From Comamonadaceae bacterium (lineage in GTDB: Bacteria > Pseudomonadota > Gammaproteobacteria > Burkholderiales > Burkholderiaceae_C), in contig CANGLW010000007.1 in NCBI GenBank assembly GCA_947454955.1, positions 28,915 through 92,914 of the forward strand: a stretch of DNA of 64,000 nucleotides, read 5' to 3'. Shown here in pieces: positions 61,597 to 64,000 of the stretch. A program made the translations under genes and the position numbers. A model generated the notes under the pieces. It worked only from the letters and a program-made list of their open reading frames with translations, did no database searches and had not been told where the DNA came from. The stretch's first letter is position 1. Each line of letters opens with the position of its first letter.

Positions 61597-62184
61597 GTGG
61601 CATTGCAGGACATCGTTGAGCAAATTGTGACCGGACTCGGTTACGACCTGGTGGAGATCGAACGCTCCGCCGGGGGCTTGTTGCGCATCACGATCGACCT
61701 GCCTTGGGTGCCCGAGGCTTCCAGCAGCCTGCCTGAGCAATTTGTGACGGTGGAAGACTGCGAAAAAGTCACCCGTCAGCTGCAGTTCACCCTGGAGGTG
61801 GACGGCATTGAGTACAAGCGCTTGGAGGTGTCTTCACCCGGTATTGACCGCCCCTTGCGCCACGAACAAGATTTTGAGCGTTTTTTAGGCTCGGTCATCG
61901 ACGTGACCTTGAAGGCCCCGCTGGGTGCGGCTGCCACAGGGCAGGTCAATGCCAACCGTAAAAAATTTCGCGGCACGCTGGAGCGGTCTGAAAACGCAGA
62001 GAACGCTGGAAAAGCGGGTCACTGGCAAATTGTTTGGCGTGATGAGCCCGATGTGAAACCCGGTGCGCGTGTGAGCAAGAAACGTGAAGCGGCGCCCCTG
62101 CAGGCGTTGGGCTTCACCCTCGATGAGTTGCGTGAGGCGCGTTTGGCGCCGATTGTGAATTTCAAAGGCCGCGGTGCGGCCTGA
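61597..62184 (+). CDS. rimP: ribosome maturation factor RimP
   Basis: GTG start, then [20 protein letters not shown]...[12 protein letters not shown], the RimP signature. It is directly upstream of nusA. Confidence 0.9.
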   Translation: MALQDIVEQIVTGLGYDLVEIERSAGGLLRITIDLPWVPEASSSLPEQFVTVEDCEKVTRQLQFTLEVDGIEYKRLEVSSPGIDRPLRHEQDFERFLGSVIDVTLKAPLGAAATGQVNANRKKFRGTLERSENAENAGKAGHWQIVWRDEPDVKPGARVSKKREAAPLQALGFTLDELREARLAPIVNFKGRGAA

Positions 62185-62210
62185 CCTATGAATTTGATTT
62201 GGAGGTGGTC

Positions 62211-63707
62211 ATGAATCGCGAATTACTGATGTTGGTTGAAGCCATTTCGCGCGAAAAGAACGTCGAGCGCGACGTGGTGTTCGGCGCGGTGGAAGCCGCC
62301 CTGGCGCAAGCCACGAAAAAGCTTTACGAAGGCGATGTGGACATCCGCGTGGCCATTGACCGCGACAGCGGCAATTACGAGACCTTCCGTCGCTGGCACG
62401 TGGTGCCCGATGAAGCCGGTCTGCAACTGCCCGACCAGGAAATTCTGTTATTTGAAGCCCTCGAGCAAATCCCCGACATCGAGGTGGACGAGTACATCGA
62501 AGAAGCGGTGGAGTCTTTGCCGATTGGCCGCATTGGCGCCATGGCGGCCAAGCAAGTCATTCTGCAAAAAATCCGCGACGCTGAGCGCGAGATGCTGCTC
62601 AACGACTTCATGTCGCGCGGCGAAAAGATTTTTGTGGGCACCGTCAAACGCATGGACAAGGGCGACATCATCGTCGAGAGCGGCCGTGTGGAAGGCCGCC
62701 TGCGTCGCAGCGAGATGATCCCCAAGGAAAACCTGCGTACCGGTGACCGTGCCCGCGCCATGATCATGGAAGTGGACCTGACCCTGCGCGGCGCACCCAT
62801 CATCCTCTCGCGCTCAGCGCCTGAGTTCATGATCGAGCTGTTCCGCCAGGAAGTGCCCGAGATCGAGCAGGGCCTGCTGGAGATCAAATCTTGCGCCCGT
62901 GACCCCGGTTCGCGCGCCAAGATCGCGGTACTGAGCCACGACAAACGTGTGGACCCGATCGGCACCTGCGTGGGTGTGCGCGGCACACGTGTGAACGCGG
63001 TGACCAACGAGCTCGCCGGCGAGCGCGTGGACATTGTGCTGTGGAGCGAAGACCCTGCCCAGTTCGTGATTGGCGCCTTGGCCCCGGCCAACGTGCAGTC
63101 CATCGTGGTGGACGAAGAAAAACACGCCATGGACGTGGTGGTGGACGAGGAAAACCTCGCGATTGCCATCGGACGCGGCGGCCAAAACGTGCGTTTGGCC
63201 TCTGACTTGACTGGTTGGAAGATCAACATCATGGACGCGGCCGAGTCGGCCCAGAAACAAGCCAACGAAACCGACGGTATTCGCAAGCTGTTCATGGCCA
63301 AGTTGGACGTGGACGAAGAGATTGCCGACATCCTGATTTCTGAAGGCTTCACCAGCCTGGAAGAAGTGGCTTATGTGCCGATCCAGGAAATGTTGGAGAT
63401 CGAGAGCTTCGACGAAGACACCATCAACGAGCTGCGCTCACGCGCCAAAGACGCTTTGTTGACGATGGAAATTGCCCGCGAAGAGAGCGTGGAAGAAGTG
63501 TCGCAAGACCTGCGTGACCTCGAGGGCCTCACCCCTGACCTGATTGCCAAATTGGCAGACGGCGGCGTGCATTCCCGCGACGATTTGGCCGATTTGGCCG
63601 TGGATGAGCTTACCGAGTTGACAGGTCAGTCAGCGGACGAAGCCAAGGCCCTGATCATGAAAGCGCGCGAACACTGGTTCACCAGTGATGCCGCTTCTCA
63701 AGAGTAA
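62211..63707 (+). CDS. nusA: transcription termination/antitermination factor NusA
   Basis: [18 protein letters not shown] start preceded by GGAGG. S1 and two KH regions ([25 protein letters not shown]), plus C-terminal acidic repeats. Confidence 0.95.
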   Translation: MNRELLMLVEAISREKNVERDVVFGAVEAALAQATKKLYEGDVDIRVAIDRDSGNYETFRRWHVVPDEAGLQLPDQEILLFEALEQIPDIEVDEYIEEAVESLPIGRIGAMAAKQVILQKIRDAEREMLLNDFMSRGEKIFVGTVKRMDKGDIIVESGRVEGRLRRSEMIPKENLRTGDRARAMIMEVDLTLRGAPIILSRSAPEFMIELFRQEVPEIEQGLLEIKSCARDPGSRAKIAVLSHDKRVDPIGTCVGVRGTRVNAVTNELAGERVDIVLWSEDPAQFVIGALAPANVQSIVVDEEKHAMDVVVDEENLAIAIGRGGQNVRLASDLTGWKINIMDAAESAQKQANETDGIRKLFMAKLDVDEEIADILISEGFTSLEEVAYVPIQEMLEIESFDEDTINELRSRAKDALLTMEIAREESVEEVSQDLRDLEGLTPDLIAKLADGGVHSRDDLADLAVDELTELTGQSADEAKALIMKAREHWFTSDAASQE

Positions 63708-63731
63708 CGGTCATGAAAGGTTACACAACAA

Positions 63732-64000
63732 ATGTCCAGTACGACTGTTTCCGAGTTTGCCAGCGAACTCAAAAAATCAACCGACACGCTGCTTGAGCAG
63801 CTCAAAGCCGCCGGCGTGGCCAAGGCGTCTGCCTCAGACGCCCTGACCGATGCTGACAAACAAAAACTGCTGAGCTACTTGCAAGCCAGCCACGGCACCG
63901 TCAGTGGTGAGCGCAAAAAAATCACCTTGGTGAAAAAGTCCACCACGGAAATCAAACAAGCCGACGCCACCGGCCGCGCCCGCACCATCCAGGTGGAAGT
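63732..64000 (+). CDS. infB: translation initiation factor IF-2, 3' partial (runs off window)
   Basis: Hand translation: [36 protein letters not shown]... This is the IF-2 N-terminal domain in the conserved nusA-infB position. No stop occurs before the window end. Confidence 0.9.
   Translation, partial: MSSTTVSEFASELKKSTDTLLEQLKAAGVAKASASDALTDADKQKLLSYLQASHGTVSGERKKITLVKKSTTEIKQADATGRARTIQVE

Overview
This is a 64-kb, roughly 60% GC, densely coding chromosomal segment. Gene content looks betaproteobacterial (Burkholderiales/Comamonadaceae-like); that call rests on remembered protein families and gene order, not on a search. I count about 65 protein genes and 2 tRNAs (Asn-GTT, Ser-GGA). There is no rRNA, no CRISPR and no transposase or integrase.

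Housekeeping blocks:
- thiamine synthesis (thiD, divergent from thiO-thiS-thiG-thiE)
- fdxA plus a TrxR-like ferredoxin-NADP reductase
- assimilatory sulfate reduction (cysI-DUF934-cysH, a long spacer, cysD-cysN; cysB sits separately)
- mnmC, yggX, fpr, dsbB, argA, hrpA
- lptF-lptG divergent from pepA-holC
- fabI, a yejABEF-type peptide ABC transporter, rimP-nusA-infB

Parts worth a second look:
1. An LH2-type light-harvesting operon pucB-pucA-pucC at 52.8-54.8 kb. pucB (50 aa) and a further 30-aa membrane-peptide ORF fall below the ORF-track cutoff. Upstream is a paired TGT-N12-ACA (PpsR/CrtJ-type) operator overlapping a sigma70-like promoter.
2. A B12-binding-domain protein convergent with two tandem paralogous PAS histidine kinases, with no response regulator in the window.
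3. A five-gene cluster downstream of lptFG: PAP2, UbiA-type phosphoribosyltransferase, flippase-like protein, GT-C glycosyltransferase, HAD. It looks like a polyprenyl-phospho-ribose periplasmic glycosylation system lacking the DprE1/E2 epimerase.
4. A 21-nt palindrome family, AATTGGGGTC[A/T]GACCCCAATT, with two perfect copies (one intergenic, one in frame inside hrpA) and a third, degenerate copy also in frame inside hrpA.
5. An unusually long, repeat-structured cysH-cysD spacer.
6. A higBA toxin-antitoxin pair.

All functional calls come from motif recognition by eye. Start codons were refined from the ORF track where RBS or overlap logic allowed.
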